Positions 55,230-64,000 of a stretch of 64,000 nucleotides of DNA are shown piece after piece. This DNA comes from Alphaproteobacteria bacterium (GTDB lineage Bacteria > Pseudomonadota > Alphaproteobacteria > UBA828). The notes beneath the pieces are model-generated. The model ran no database searches. It saw only the letters and a program-made list of their open reading frames with translations, and was not told the DNA's origin. The stretch covers positions 1,920,001-1,984,000 of the forward strand of contig CBDCCI010000002.1 of assembly GCA_965214705.1 (NCBI GenBank), read 5' to 3'. The position numbers were made by a program, and so were the translations under genes. Numbering within the stretch: position 1 is the first letter of the stretch; every line of letters starts with the position of its first letter.

Positions 55230-56398
55230 TCGGAGCCCGCATCCCGATACGTGGCGCCGGCACGGCAGCGCTTGCCATCGGAGCGCTTGCGTTCGCCGCT
55301 GCGCTGACGCTGGCGCCGGCCAGTGGGACCGCGGCCGAGCGCCAATGCGAGGGGCCGGGCATCAACCACCTGCCAGAGCCGGCGGCCTCCGACGACGTGC
55401 TCAGCGTCCTCGCCTACAACGTCTATCTGCTGCCCTCCCACGTCCGCAACATTCCCTTCATGGGTGAGCGCTTCGCTCTCGCGCAGGAGGAGCGGGCCGC
55501 CCTCATCCCGCGCTTCCTCGCCCCCTACGACGTGATCATCCTGTCGGAGGCCTACGACGACGGCGCGCGTGCGACCCTTCTCGCGGGGCTGAGGGCGCAG
55601 GGGTTTCGCTATGCGACCCGCATCCTGGGCACCGCCTGCCGCGCCGCCTCACGCTGCGAGAAGGGCGCAGTCTACGAACAGCCCCTCACCGAGGACGCGC
55701 CGCGCGGGGGCGAGGGCGACACCTGGTTCGGCGAGGACGGCGGCGTGCTGATCGCCAGCAGGCATCCCATCGGTGCCGCCAAGGAGTGGGTCTACGCCGA
55801 TTGCGTAGAGCCCGACTGCAATGCCGCCAAGGGCTTCGTCTATGCCCGCATCGACAAGGGCAGCGCGCGCTACCACGTCATCGGCACCCACGCGCAGTTC
55901 GGCTGGAGCAGGGAGCAGCGCACGGCCAAGGCAGCGCAGTTCCGCGCCATCCAACGGTTCCTGGAGGAGCACTCGGGGATTCCGCGCTCGGAGCCGATCA
56001 TCGTCGGCGGCGACTTCAACGTGCTCAGCCACGCGTTCGAGAGCCTGCTCGACGACGAGCCGCTCGGTGTGCTTGCGCCGACCTTTCGCGGCCATCGCTT
56101 CACCCGAGAGTCGCGCAGCGACTGGGCGCGGCGCGGCAACGGCTACGTCGATTACGTGCTCGCCAAGAAGGGCTGGCGCGAGCCGCGCTACCACAGCAAC
56201 TGCCCGATGGTCTTTCGCAGCCTCTTCGACTTCGAGGACCGCACGCTGTTCTCGGCCGTGCGCGGGCAAGGCTACTGCGATCTCTCGGACCACTGGGCCG
56301 TGTGGGGCTATTTCGACTACCGCGACGATGCCGCCGAGCCGCCCGACTGCCCGGTTCCCCAATTCCCGCCGGGCTCAGCCCCGTCCATGCGGCGCTAA
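55226..56398 (+). CDS. Exported sphingomyelinase C-like phosphodiesterase (EEP superfamily)
   Basis: AYNV, SEAYD, EDGGV, KGFVY, GTH, GGDFN, DYV and LSDH motifs; signal peptide; GTGA overlap with the TBDR. Confidence 0.8.
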   Translation: MIGARIPIRGAGTAALAIGALAFAAALTLAPASGTAAERQCEGPGINHLPEPAASDDVLSVLAYNVYLLPSHVRNIPFMGERFALAQEERAALIPRFLAPYDVIILSEAYDDGARATLLAGLRAQGFRYATRILGTACRAASRCEKGAVYEQPLTEDAPRGGEGDTWFGEDGGVLIASRHPIGAAKEWVYADCVEPDCNAAKGFVYARIDKGSARYHVIGTHAQFGWSREQRTAKAAQFRAIQRFLEEHSGIPRSEPIIVGGDFNVLSHAFESLLDDEPLGVLAPTFRGHRFTRESRSDWARRGNGYVDYVLAKKGWREPRYHSNCPMVFRSLFDFEDRTLFSAVRGQGYCDLSDHWAVWGYFDYRDDAAEPPDCPVPQFPPGSAPSMRR

Positions 56399-56413
56399 GG
56401 CGCGCGCGCTCCC

Positions 56414-57814
56414 CTACTCCGCCGCGTCGAGGCGGCGCTCCTGCTGCATCCAGCGCGGCTTGCTGGTCGCGTGCTCGCGCACGAAGCTCTGGGTCGGCAT
56501 CCGCGGATCCTCCCAGTACAGCATGGGCTTTTCCCAGTTGTAGCGCGCGGGCTCGGGGATCGGCGCCTCGGTATCGACGACCGCGCCGTCCTTCATCACG
56601 ACCGCGAGGCGCTCCCTGTCCTGCAGCACGGCGATGTCGGCGAGCGGATCGCCGTCCACCACGAGGATGTCGGCGAGCTTGCCCTCCTCCAGCGTGCCGA
56701 TCTCGTCCTCCATGCCGAGCGTCAGCGCCGCGTTGGCGGTGCCCGCGCGGATCGCCTCCATGGCGCTCAAGCCGCCATAGGTCATCAGGTGCTCCATCTC
56801 GCGGGCGTGCCACTCGCCGTAGGGCACCGAGCCCTGGCCGCTATCGGTGCCGGCGATGATGGTGATCCCCTCGGCATGGGCGCGGGAGACGACGTTGGCA
56901 AGCCGCTCAACCTCGTCCTTGTAGGCGTCGAGGATGAAGTCGGAGCAGCCGAGGTCCGGACCCCATTCGAGGGTGTTCGCCAGCAGCGAGAAGGTGGGGA
57001 TCAGCGGCGTCGGGTTGCGGAAGAGCACGTCAAGGTCGTCGTCGGACATGTAGGAGCCGTGGATGATCCAGTCGAAGCCGGCGCGGATGGCATCGGCCGC
57101 CGCGCGGCCCGAGCGCGCATGGATGGTGCAGACCTTGCCGAGCCTGTGCGTGACCTCGGCGATGGCGCGCAAGTCGTCGAGCCCGATGCTGCCGGCAAGC
57201 TCCGCCTCGCCGGTGAGCACGTCGCCGTCGCCGGCCACCTTCACGATGTCGACGCCGTCCTTGATCTCGCGGCGCGCCTCCGTGACCATTTCCTCGCGCG
57301 TGTTGCAGAGTACGGCGAACGACGACTTGGGGTGCTCCATCCAGCTGGGCCAGGGCGAGCCGATCGCGTTGAAGGTGGTGATGTAGCGCCCGGCCGACGC
57401 CATGCGCGGCCCTTCGATCAGGCCGGCGTTAATGGCGTCGCGGACCGCGACCGAGATGTTCCAGGTGGATCCTGGATCGGAGAACGCGGTGACGCCCGCG
57501 CGCAGCACCTTGCGCGCGTTGTTGGCGGCGCGCAGGGTGCGGTACTCCACGCCTGCGTAGAGGTCGAGCTCCTCGAACGAGAGAATGTCGCCATAGGAAA
57601 TGTGGCAGTGGGCGTCGATCATGCCCGGCATGACCGTGTGCCCGGCGGCATCGATGGTCCGGTAGCCGCCCAGGGTCTCGGCCGCGGCCGCGACCTCCCG
57701 GTCCGGGCCGATCTTGCGGATGCGGTTGCCCTCCACCAGCACCGAAACGCGGTCCTGCGGTGACGCGCCGGTGGCGTCGAGCAGCCGCCCGCCGGTGATC
57801 AGATATCCGCCCAT
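56414..57814 (-). CDS. Amidohydrolase family protein
   Basis: MPGMIDAHCH, HA, IIHG, GTD and GKLAD motifs. Confidence 0.92.
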   Translation of the reverse strand: MGGYLITGGRLLDATGASPQDRVSVLVEGNRIRKIGPDREVAAAAETLGGYRTIDAAGHTVMPGMIDAHCHISYGDILSFEELDLYAGVEYRTLRAANNARKVLRAGVTAFSDPGSTWNISVAVRDAINAGLIEGPRMASAGRYITTFNAIGSPWPSWMEHPKSSFAVLCNTREEMVTEARREIKDGVDIVKVAGDGDVLTGEAELAGSIGLDDLRAIAEVTHRLGKVCTIHARSGRAAADAIRAGFDWIIHGSYMSDDDLDVLFRNPTPLIPTFSLLANTLEWGPDLGCSDFILDAYKDEVERLANVVSRAHAEGITIIAGTDSGQGSVPYGEWHAREMEHLMTYGGLSAMEAIRAGTANAALTLGMEDEIGTLEEGKLADILVVDGDPLADIAVLQDRERLAVVMKDGAVVDTEAPIPEPARYNWEKPMLYWEDPRMPTQSFVREHATSKPRWMQQERRLDAAE

Positions 57815-57960
57815 GTCATTGCCCTTCCCTACGCCCCCGCGCTCCCCGGCGCCTCACCCAACGGGGCCAGCCCACGCATGGAGGCAGGTTTGGATTCGCC
57901 CTTCGCCCTCTGTACGATCAGCGACAGCTTGAGGCAACCGAATAGCCGGGGAGGCAGGGC

Positions 57961-58956
57961 ATGAGCAGAGTGGGAGTCGCGTTCTCGGCAGGGTTGAACG
58001 CGTCCGAAACCGTCGAGTGCGCGCAACTCGCCGAATCGCTCGGCTATGATTCGGTCTGGATGGCAGAGGGGCACGGCGGTGACCAATTCGCGGTGCTCTC
58101 GGCGGTCGCGGCGCAGACCAGCAGGGTGCAGCTCGGCACCTGCATCTCCAGCGTCTTCGTGCGCTCGGCGCCAACCATCGCGATGTCGGCGGCGGTGGTC
58201 GATCAGCTTTCCGAAGGCCGGTTCATCCTGGGTCTCGGCTCCAGCCACAAGGTCCAGGTCGAGCCCGAGCACGGCCTCGTCTACAGCAAGCCGGTGACGC
58301 GCGTGCGGGAGACCGCCGAGGTCGTGCGCCGCCTGTTGCGGGACGGCCAGGTGTCCTTCCAGGGCGAGACCGTCGCCATCGAGAACTACGAGCTCTGGTT
58401 CCAGCCGTTCCGCCCCAGCCTGCCCATCTATTACGCGGCCGTGTTCCCCAAGATGATCGGGATATGCGGTGAGGAAGCGGACGGCCTGATCCTCACCCGC
58501 ACCACGCTCGACGTGGGAGCCGAGGCCCGCAAGTACATCGCCGCCGGGGCGAAGGCGGCGGGGCGCGATCCCGGCGCGGTCGACGTCACCACACTGGTCC
58601 CGACCGCAGCCGCCGACGATCCTGCCGACGCTTACGATGCTCTGCGGCCGGGTGTTGCGATGTATACGGGCTTCTTCCCCCGCTACAACCGGATGGCACA
58701 GGACCAGGGCTTCGGCGAGGAAGCAGCAACGATCGCCGAGCTATGGGGGCGCGGCGAGCGCGAGGCGGCGACCCGGGCGGTGAGCGACGCGCACATCGAC
58801 GCAGTCTGCATTGCCGGCACGCCCGAGCGCTGTCGCGAGCGGGTCGAGGCCTATCGCGCCTCGGGCATCGACCTGCCGATGATCGCGCCCATGGCCGGCG
58901 GCCCCAACGCCAAGGCGATGGCCGAGACCACCATCAGGGCCTGCGCCCCGCGCTGA
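57961..58956 (+). CDS. LLM class flavin-dependent oxidoreductase
   Basis: AESLGYDSVWMAE, TSRVQLGT and SEGRFILGLG motifs. Confidence 0.92.
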   Translation: MSRVGVAFSAGLNASETVECAQLAESLGYDSVWMAEGHGGDQFAVLSAVAAQTSRVQLGTCISSVFVRSAPTIAMSAAVVDQLSEGRFILGLGSSHKVQVEPEHGLVYSKPVTRVRETAEVVRRLLRDGQVSFQGETVAIENYELWFQPFRPSLPIYYAAVFPKMIGICGEEADGLILTRTTLDVGAEARKYIAAGAKAAGRDPGAVDVTTLVPTAAADDPADAYDALRPGVAMYTGFFPRYNRMAQDQGFGEEAATIAELWGRGEREAATRAVSDAHIDAVCIAGTPERCRERVEAYRASGIDLPMIAPMAGGPNAKAMAETTIRACAPR

Positions 58957-59013
58957 GAGGGTCGTCGTGCCGCTGCCCGAGCATCTGAGCGTCCCGTCGC
59001 GGGAGGCGCGGGC

Positions 59014-59523
59014 GTGACCGGCGCGATGCGCGGCTACATTCTCGTGGTCGACACGGTCAACCGCCGCGTCGGGCGCGTCATCATGTACGGCATGTTCGCG
59101 ATCATGGCGATACTGCTGTGGTCGTCGCTCTCGAAGACGTTTTTCAATCCCTCATTGTGGACGCTCGAAATGGCCCAGTTCGCGATGGTGGGCTATTACA
59201 TTCTGGGCGGTCCCTACGCGGTTCAAACGGACGCGAACGTGCGGATGGACCTGTTCTATGGGTCGTGGTCCGCACGCCGAAAGGCGTGGTTCGACGTCTT
59301 TACGGTGTTCTTTCTGCTCTTCTATCTGGCGGTTCTTCTCTGGGGCGGAATCGACTCCACGATTTACAGCTTTCAGTACGGCGGGGAGCGAAGCCCCAGC
59401 GCCTGGCGGCCTTATCTTTGGCCGATCAAGGTGGTCATGGTCACCGGTATCGTCTTGATGGTTTTTCAGGCAGTTTCCGAGTTCTTCAAGGACATCCTGC
59501 GACTTCGGCGCGAGGACTTCTGA
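59014..59523 (+). CDS. dctQ: TRAP transporter small permease
   Basis: Four TM segments, VRMDLFY motif. Confidence 0.9.
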   Translation: MTGAMRGYILVVDTVNRRVGRVIMYGMFAIMAILLWSSLSKTFFNPSLWTLEMAQFAMVGYYILGGPYAVQTDANVRMDLFYGSWSARRKAWFDVFTVFFLLFYLAVLLWGGIDSTIYSFQYGGERSPSAWRPYLWPIKVVMVTGIVLMVFQAVSEFFKDILRLRREDF

Positions 59524-60848
59524 TGTCCTACGAGCTCATCACCGTCCTGATGTTCGCGCTGATGATGCTCATGCTGGCGACCGGCCAGCGCGTCTTCGCC
59601 GCCATCGGATTCGTCGCCGTTCTGTCCGCGCTCCTGCTCTGGGGCGATCGCGGCGGTTTCGACCTGGGCTTCTCCGCCGCCATGAAACTCATGAAATGGT
59701 ATCCGCTGCTCACGCTGCCGATGTTCATTTTCATGGGGTACGTCCTCTCGGAATCGAGGATCGCGGACGATCTTTATCGCATGTTCCACGTCTGGACCGG
59801 CGGCATGGCCGGCGGGCTCGCCATGGGCACCATCGGCCTCATGGTGCTGGTCTCGGCGATGAACGGACTCAGCGTTGCGGGCATGGCCATCGGTGCCACC
59901 ATCGCGCTGCCGGAGCTGCTCAGGCGCAACTACGACAAGCGCATGGTGACCGGGGTTATCCAGGCCGGAAGCTCCCTCGGCATCCTTGTGCCCCCATCCG
60001 TGGTGCTCGTGCTCTACGCGATGATTGCGCGCCAGCCCGTCGGCCAACTTTGGCTCGCGGGTCTCTTCCCCGGACTGATGATGGCCGCGCTCTTCGTGCT
60101 CTACATCTGGCTGCGCTGCCGGATTACGCCGAACCTCGGTCCGGTTCTTCCCAAGGCGGACCGCGACATTCCCCGAGTCGAAAAGCTGAAGCTCCTCCGG
60201 GCCGGCCTCCTGCCGCTGTTCATCTATGCGGTGATGATTGTGCCCTTCGTCACGGGGTCGACCTCGCTCGTCGAGTCCTCGGCCATCGGCGCGCTCGCCG
60301 CCTTTCTCGCCGCCGTGGTCAGGCGCCGCATGACCCGGCAGGTCTTCGAGAACTCGGTGCGCAACACGCTCCGCATCACCTGCATGTTCATGTGGATCAT
60401 CATGGCGGCATTGGCCTTCGGCTCGGTGTTCGACGGGCTCGGCGCCGCGCACGCGATCGAGAACCTGTTCACCGAGCAAATGGGGCTCTCGCCCTGGATG
60501 GTCCTCATTCTCATGCAGCTTTCGTTCCTCGTGATGGGAACGTTCCTCGACGACACGGCGATGCTGGTAATCGTGGCGCCCCTTTACGTCCCTCTCGTCG
60601 ACGCGCTGGGCTTCAACTTGATCTGGTACGGCATCCTCTACACCATCACCACGCAGATCGCGTACATGACCCCGCCCTTCGGCTACAATCTGTTCCTGAT
60701 GCGGGCGATGGCCCCGCCCGAAATCACCTTGCGCGACATTTATCGATCAATCATTCCCTTCGTGGGCGTGATGATCGTTGCACTTGCCATCATCATGATC
60801 TTCCCGGAAATCGCCCTGTGGTTCCCGTCTTACGTTTACGGCAACTGA
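59523..60848 (+). CDS. dctM: TRAP transporter large permease
   Basis: LPMFIFMG, SLGILVPPS and TPPFG motifs. Confidence 0.93.
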   Translation: MSYELITVLMFALMMLMLATGQRVFAAIGFVAVLSALLLWGDRGGFDLGFSAAMKLMKWYPLLTLPMFIFMGYVLSESRIADDLYRMFHVWTGGMAGGLAMGTIGLMVLVSAMNGLSVAGMAIGATIALPELLRRNYDKRMVTGVIQAGSSLGILVPPSVVLVLYAMIARQPVGQLWLAGLFPGLMMAALFVLYIWLRCRITPNLGPVLPKADRDIPRVEKLKLLRAGLLPLFIYAVMIVPFVTGSTSLVESSAIGALAAFLAAVVRRRMTRQVFENSVRNTLRITCMFMWIIMAALAFGSVFDGLGAAHAIENLFTEQMGLSPWMVLILMQLSFLVMGTFLDDTAMLVIVAPLYVPLVDALGFNLIWYGILYTITTQIAYMTPPFGYNLFLMRAMAPPEITLRDIYRSIIPFVGVMIVALAIIMIFPEIALWFPSYVYGN

Positions 60849-60895
60849 TCGATAACCCGGTTCAATGTCACATCAACCTGGAAGGAGAAAGACCC

Positions 60896-61939
60896 ATGAC
60901 AACACGGCGTAATCTTCTCAAGGCGGCCGCTGCCGTTCCGGCCGCAGCCGCTGCCGCTGCCATCGTGAAGCCTTCGGTTGCGCAGGCGCAGATCACCTGG
61001 CGGATGCAGACCTATGCCGGCCCCGCCCTGGCCGAGCACGTGGTGGTACCCGCGATCGAAATGTTCAACAAGATCGCGGGCGAGCGCATGCAGATCGAGC
61101 TGTTCTTCTCCGATCAGATCGTGCCGACGGGCGAGCTCTTCCGCGCGATGCAGCGCGGCACCATCGATGCGGTGCAGTCCGACGACGATTCCATGGCCTC
61201 GCCCACCGAGGTCACCGTCTTCGGCGGCTACTTCCCGTTCGCCTCGCGCTACTCGCTCGACGTGCCCGTGCTCTTCAACCAGTACGGCCTCAACGAGATC
61301 TGGGGTGCGGAGTACGAGAAGGTCGGCGTCAAGCACATCTCGGCGGGCGCCTGGGACCCCTGCCACTTCGCGACCAAGGACCCGATCCATTCGCTCGCCG
61401 ACCTGGAGGGCAAGCGGGTCTTCACCTTCCCCACCGCCGGGCGCTTCCTGACCCAGTTCGGCGTGGTCCCGGTCACGTTGCCGTGGGAGGACATCGAGGT
61501 CGCGGTGCAGACCGGCGAGCTTGACGGCGTCGCCTGGTCCGGCATCACCGAGGACTACACGGTGGGCTGGGCCGACGTGACCAACTACTTCCTCACCAAC
61601 AACATCTCAGGCGCGTGGATCGGCCACTTCTACGCCAACATGGAGCGCTGGAACGAGGTTCCCGAAGACCTGCAGACGCTCCTGCGCGTGATCTGCGATC
61701 AGTCCCACTACTACCGCCAGTGGTGGTACTGGGGCGGCGAGGCCAGCCTGCGCGTGCACGGCACCAAGATGCAGCTGACCTCGATCCCGGACGACGAATG
61801 GGCGCAAGTGGAGGCCGCCGCGCGCACGTTCTGGGACGAGATCGCGGCCGAATCCGAGACCAAGGCCAAGGTGGTCGAGGTCTTCAAGCAGTACAACGCG
61901 GACATGGAGAGGGCGGGCCGCCCCTACCGTTACGGTTGA
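60896..61939 (+). CDS. dctP: TRAP transporter substrate-binding protein with Tat signal
   Basis: TRRNLLK Tat motif, WRMQT and QTGELDG; GAAGGAG RBS. Confidence 0.92.
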   Translation: MTTRRNLLKAAAAVPAAAAAAAIVKPSVAQAQITWRMQTYAGPALAEHVVVPAIEMFNKIAGERMQIELFFSDQIVPTGELFRAMQRGTIDAVQSDDDSMASPTEVTVFGGYFPFASRYSLDVPVLFNQYGLNEIWGAEYEKVGVKHISAGAWDPCHFATKDPIHSLADLEGKRVFTFPTAGRFLTQFGVVPVTLPWEDIEVAVQTGELDGVAWSGITEDYTVGWADVTNYFLTNNISGAWIGHFYANMERWNEVPEDLQTLLRVICDQSHYYRQWWYWGGEASLRVHGTKMQLTSIPDDEWAQVEAAARTFWDEIAAESETKAKVVEVFKQYNADMERAGRPYRYG

Positions 61940-61949
61940 TCCGCGAGAG

Positions 61950-61976
61950 GCGGCCCCGCGCCAGTCGCGGGGCCGC
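61950..61976. terminator. GC-rich hairpin between convergent genes
   Basis: GCGGCCCCGCG-CCAGT-CGCGGGGCCGC; no U-tract. Confidence 0.55.
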
Positions 61977-63295
61977 TACCATCCGGCGAAGGCGGCGACG
62001 TCTTCGTCTGAGACCCGGCCGGCCGCCACGTCCTCCAGCGCTTGGTCGAGGATGGCCAGTCCCTCGTCGATCTCGTCTTCGGAGATGGTCAGCGGCGGGG
62101 TGAGCTCGAGCACGTTCGATTCCATCCCGACGTAATAGAAGATCAGCCCAAGCTGGTGGGCGCGGAAGGCGACCTTCGCCGTCTCGCTGCTTGCCGGCTC
62201 CTTGCTCACCGGGTCGCGGACCAGCTCGACACCGCAGGTGAGGCCGCGACCGCGCACGTGGCCGATCAGCGCATGGCGCTGGGCGAGACGCGCCAGCCCC
62301 GCCAGCAGGTGCTCGCCCCTGAGCGCGGCCCTCGCCATCAAGTCTTCCTCCTCGATGGTGCGCAGGACGGCGCGGCCGGCGGCGGCGCAGACTGGATTGC
62401 CCGCCGCCGTCATGATGGCGAAGGCCGGCTGAAGGTTCATCAGCTCCGCCGGGCCGATCACGGCGGAGATCGGCAGCCCGCCGCCCAGGCCCTTGCCGTA
62501 GACGACGATGTCCGGGCTCAGGCCCTCGGCCTCGAAAGCATGAAACAGGCCGGTGCGGCCCATGCCGACCTTGACCTCGTCCACCACGATGAGGATTCCG
62601 TGGGCGCGGCAGCGCTCCTCCAGCCCCTTGAGGAAGCCGGCGGGCGGCACGATGAGGCCGCCGTCCGACTGGATCGGCTCGATGAAGACGGCAGCGATCT
62701 CGTCCGGCCGAAGCTCGCTCTCGAAGCGCCGGTCGAGGTCGTCGAGGGCACCTTGGACCAGATCGGGCGTGAACTGCGGGCGGTAGGAGTCGGGGTAGAC
62801 CAGCCGTGTGAGACCGGCGCGCGCCGGCGCGTGGCTCTGTGAGCTGTGGCCCGAAACAGACATCGAGGCCGCGCTGCCGCCGTGATAGGCGCCGACGAAG
62901 GAGAGGATGCCGCGGCGCGGCGTCGCCGCCTCCAGCAGGCGCACCACGGCGTCGTTGGCGTCCGAGCCGGCATGGCCGAACCAGACCCGCCGGTCGCGAT
63001 CGTCGGGCAGACGTGCCAGCAGGTCCTCCGCCAGCCCGACCGCGTGCCCCACCGCGCACGAGGCGAGGCTGACCGCGCCCATGTTGCGCACTGCCTCGCT
63101 GACCGCCTTGGCCAGCGCCGGGTGGCTGTAGCCCAGGCTCGCCGCGCCCCAGGAGGCGCTGAAGTCGAGCACGCGCCGGCCGCCCTGCTCGATCACGTAG
63201 GAGCCCTCGCCGCCCACTGTGGTTGCCGGGAAGAAGCGAATCCGCTCGATATCGGCGATGGCGCGCGCGTCTCGGGTCAGCAGGTCGTCGGTCAT
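61976..63295 (-). CDS. Class III PLP-dependent aminotransferase
   Basis: SLGYSHP, AYHG, FIEPIQSDGG, DEVKVGMGRTG and GKGLGGG motifs. Confidence 0.93.
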   Translation of the reverse strand: MTDDLLTRDARAIADIERIRFFPATTVGGEGSYVIEQGGRRVLDFSASWGAASLGYSHPALAKAVSEAVRNMGAVSLASCAVGHAVGLAEDLLARLPDDRDRRVWFGHAGSDANDAVVRLLEAATPRRGILSFVGAYHGGSAASMSVSGHSSQSHAPARAGLTRLVYPDSYRPQFTPDLVQGALDDLDRRFESELRPDEIAAVFIEPIQSDGGLIVPPAGFLKGLEERCRAHGILIVVDEVKVGMGRTGLFHAFEAEGLSPDIVVYGKGLGGGLPISAVIGPAELMNLQPAFAIMTAAGNPVCAAAGRAVLRTIEEEDLMARAALRGEHLLAGLARLAQRHALIGHVRGRGLTCGVELVRDPVSKEPASSETAKVAFRAHQLGLIFYYVGMESNVLELTPPLTISEDEIDEGLAILDQALEDVAAGRVSDEDVAAFAGW

Positions 63296-63342
63296 GGCGC
63301 GATCCCGGCTTCGATGTTGGCAGTGCGTGCGTGGGCGGCGAG

Positions 63343-64000
63343 TCAGAGCGGCGGGAGCACGTCCCGCCACGGATTGGCCGCCTCGTAGGCCGACGCGGCC
63401 TGGAAGACGCCGAGATCGTCGTAGGTCCGCCCGACGATCTGAATGCCGGTCGGTAGGCCAGCGTCGGTGAGCCCGCTCGGCACCGCGATCACCGGGCACT
63501 GGCTCACCATGTTGAAGGGATAGCAGAGGTTCCAGCCCAGATAGGCATGGACCGGCTTGCCGTTGACCCGGAAGTCCTCTGCGCCGCAGTCGTGCTCCGC
63601 CGCTACCGTCGGCAAGGCGAGCGACGGACACACCAGCACGTCGCATTCCTCCAGGATCGGCGCCAGCGAGCGGAACATGGCGCCGCGCACGATGTTGCAG
63701 CGGTAGAGCGTTCCCGCCGAGTGGGCACGGCCGTTCTCGATGATGCGGACCATGTAGGGGTCCATCTCGTCGCGCCACTCGTCGACCATGCCGCCGAGGC
63801 TCGACGCCGCCATGCCCTCCCAGTAGCGAAGGTAGGGATGCGGCAGGTCGAACCCGTCCCAATCCGGCTTCACCTCGCGGATGGTACAGCCGAGGCGTCG
63901 GAAAACCTCTATCGCCGCCTCCGTGTTGCGGGCGACCTCGGGGTCGATCTCGAACATGCCGAGGTCCATGGAGAAGCCGACGGTCCAGCCCTCGATCGGC
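63343..64000 (-). CDS. Amidase signature family protein, 3' part (starts beyond the window)
   Basis: DVLVCP, PFN....P...VPSG and GLPTGIQIVG motifs typical of the amidase C-terminus. Confidence 0.85.
   Translation of the reverse strand, partial: PIEGWTVGFSMDLGMFEIDPEVARNTEAAIEVFRRLGCTIREVKPDWDGFDLPHPYLRYWEGMAASSLGGMVDEWRDEMDPYMVRIIENGRAHSAGTLYRCNIVRGAMFRSLAPILEECDVLVCPSLALPTVAAEHDCGAEDFRVNGKPVHAYLGWNLCYPFNMVSQCPVIAVPSGLTDAGLPTGIQIVGRTYDDLGVFQAASAYEAANPWRDVLPPL

Overview
High-GC genomic window with alphaproteobacterial gene order (hemC-hemD-COG4223-hemY, tsaD/gpsA, TIGR02300-aroA-cmk-rpsA-sppA-ihfB-lapA-trpF-trpB-trpA-accD-folC, purB, five tRNAs, plus ABC, TRAP and TonB transporters and catabolic enzymes). 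The standout feature is a small integrative element at 387-12550, inserted in tRNA-Thr(CGT) and bounded by a perfect 50-bp direct repeat. Its excised circle would be 12,114 bp, or 9,354 bp without an IS66 that has jumped into it. Almost all its genes lie on one strand: a phage-type HTH replication initiator with internal palindromic iterons, a putative helicase loader, large terminase, HK97-type major capsid protein, portal, one neck/tail-completion-like protein, a putative fibre, a Zn-finger protein, a small regulator, Xis and integrase. I see no tail tube, tape measure, baseplate, lysis, prohead protease, small terminase, HNH or CI-repressor gene. It reads as a minimal capsid-forming phage satellite (cf-PICI-like logic) in an alphaproteobacterium. 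It has IHF consensus sites in both att arms, a perfect alpha-type LexA box over the rep start codon, and the same GGCAA(C/G)TTGCC palindrome in the origin iterons and both att arms. An IS5 and several gene remnants lie elsewhere. All functional calls come from visual motif recognition; no database searches were run.
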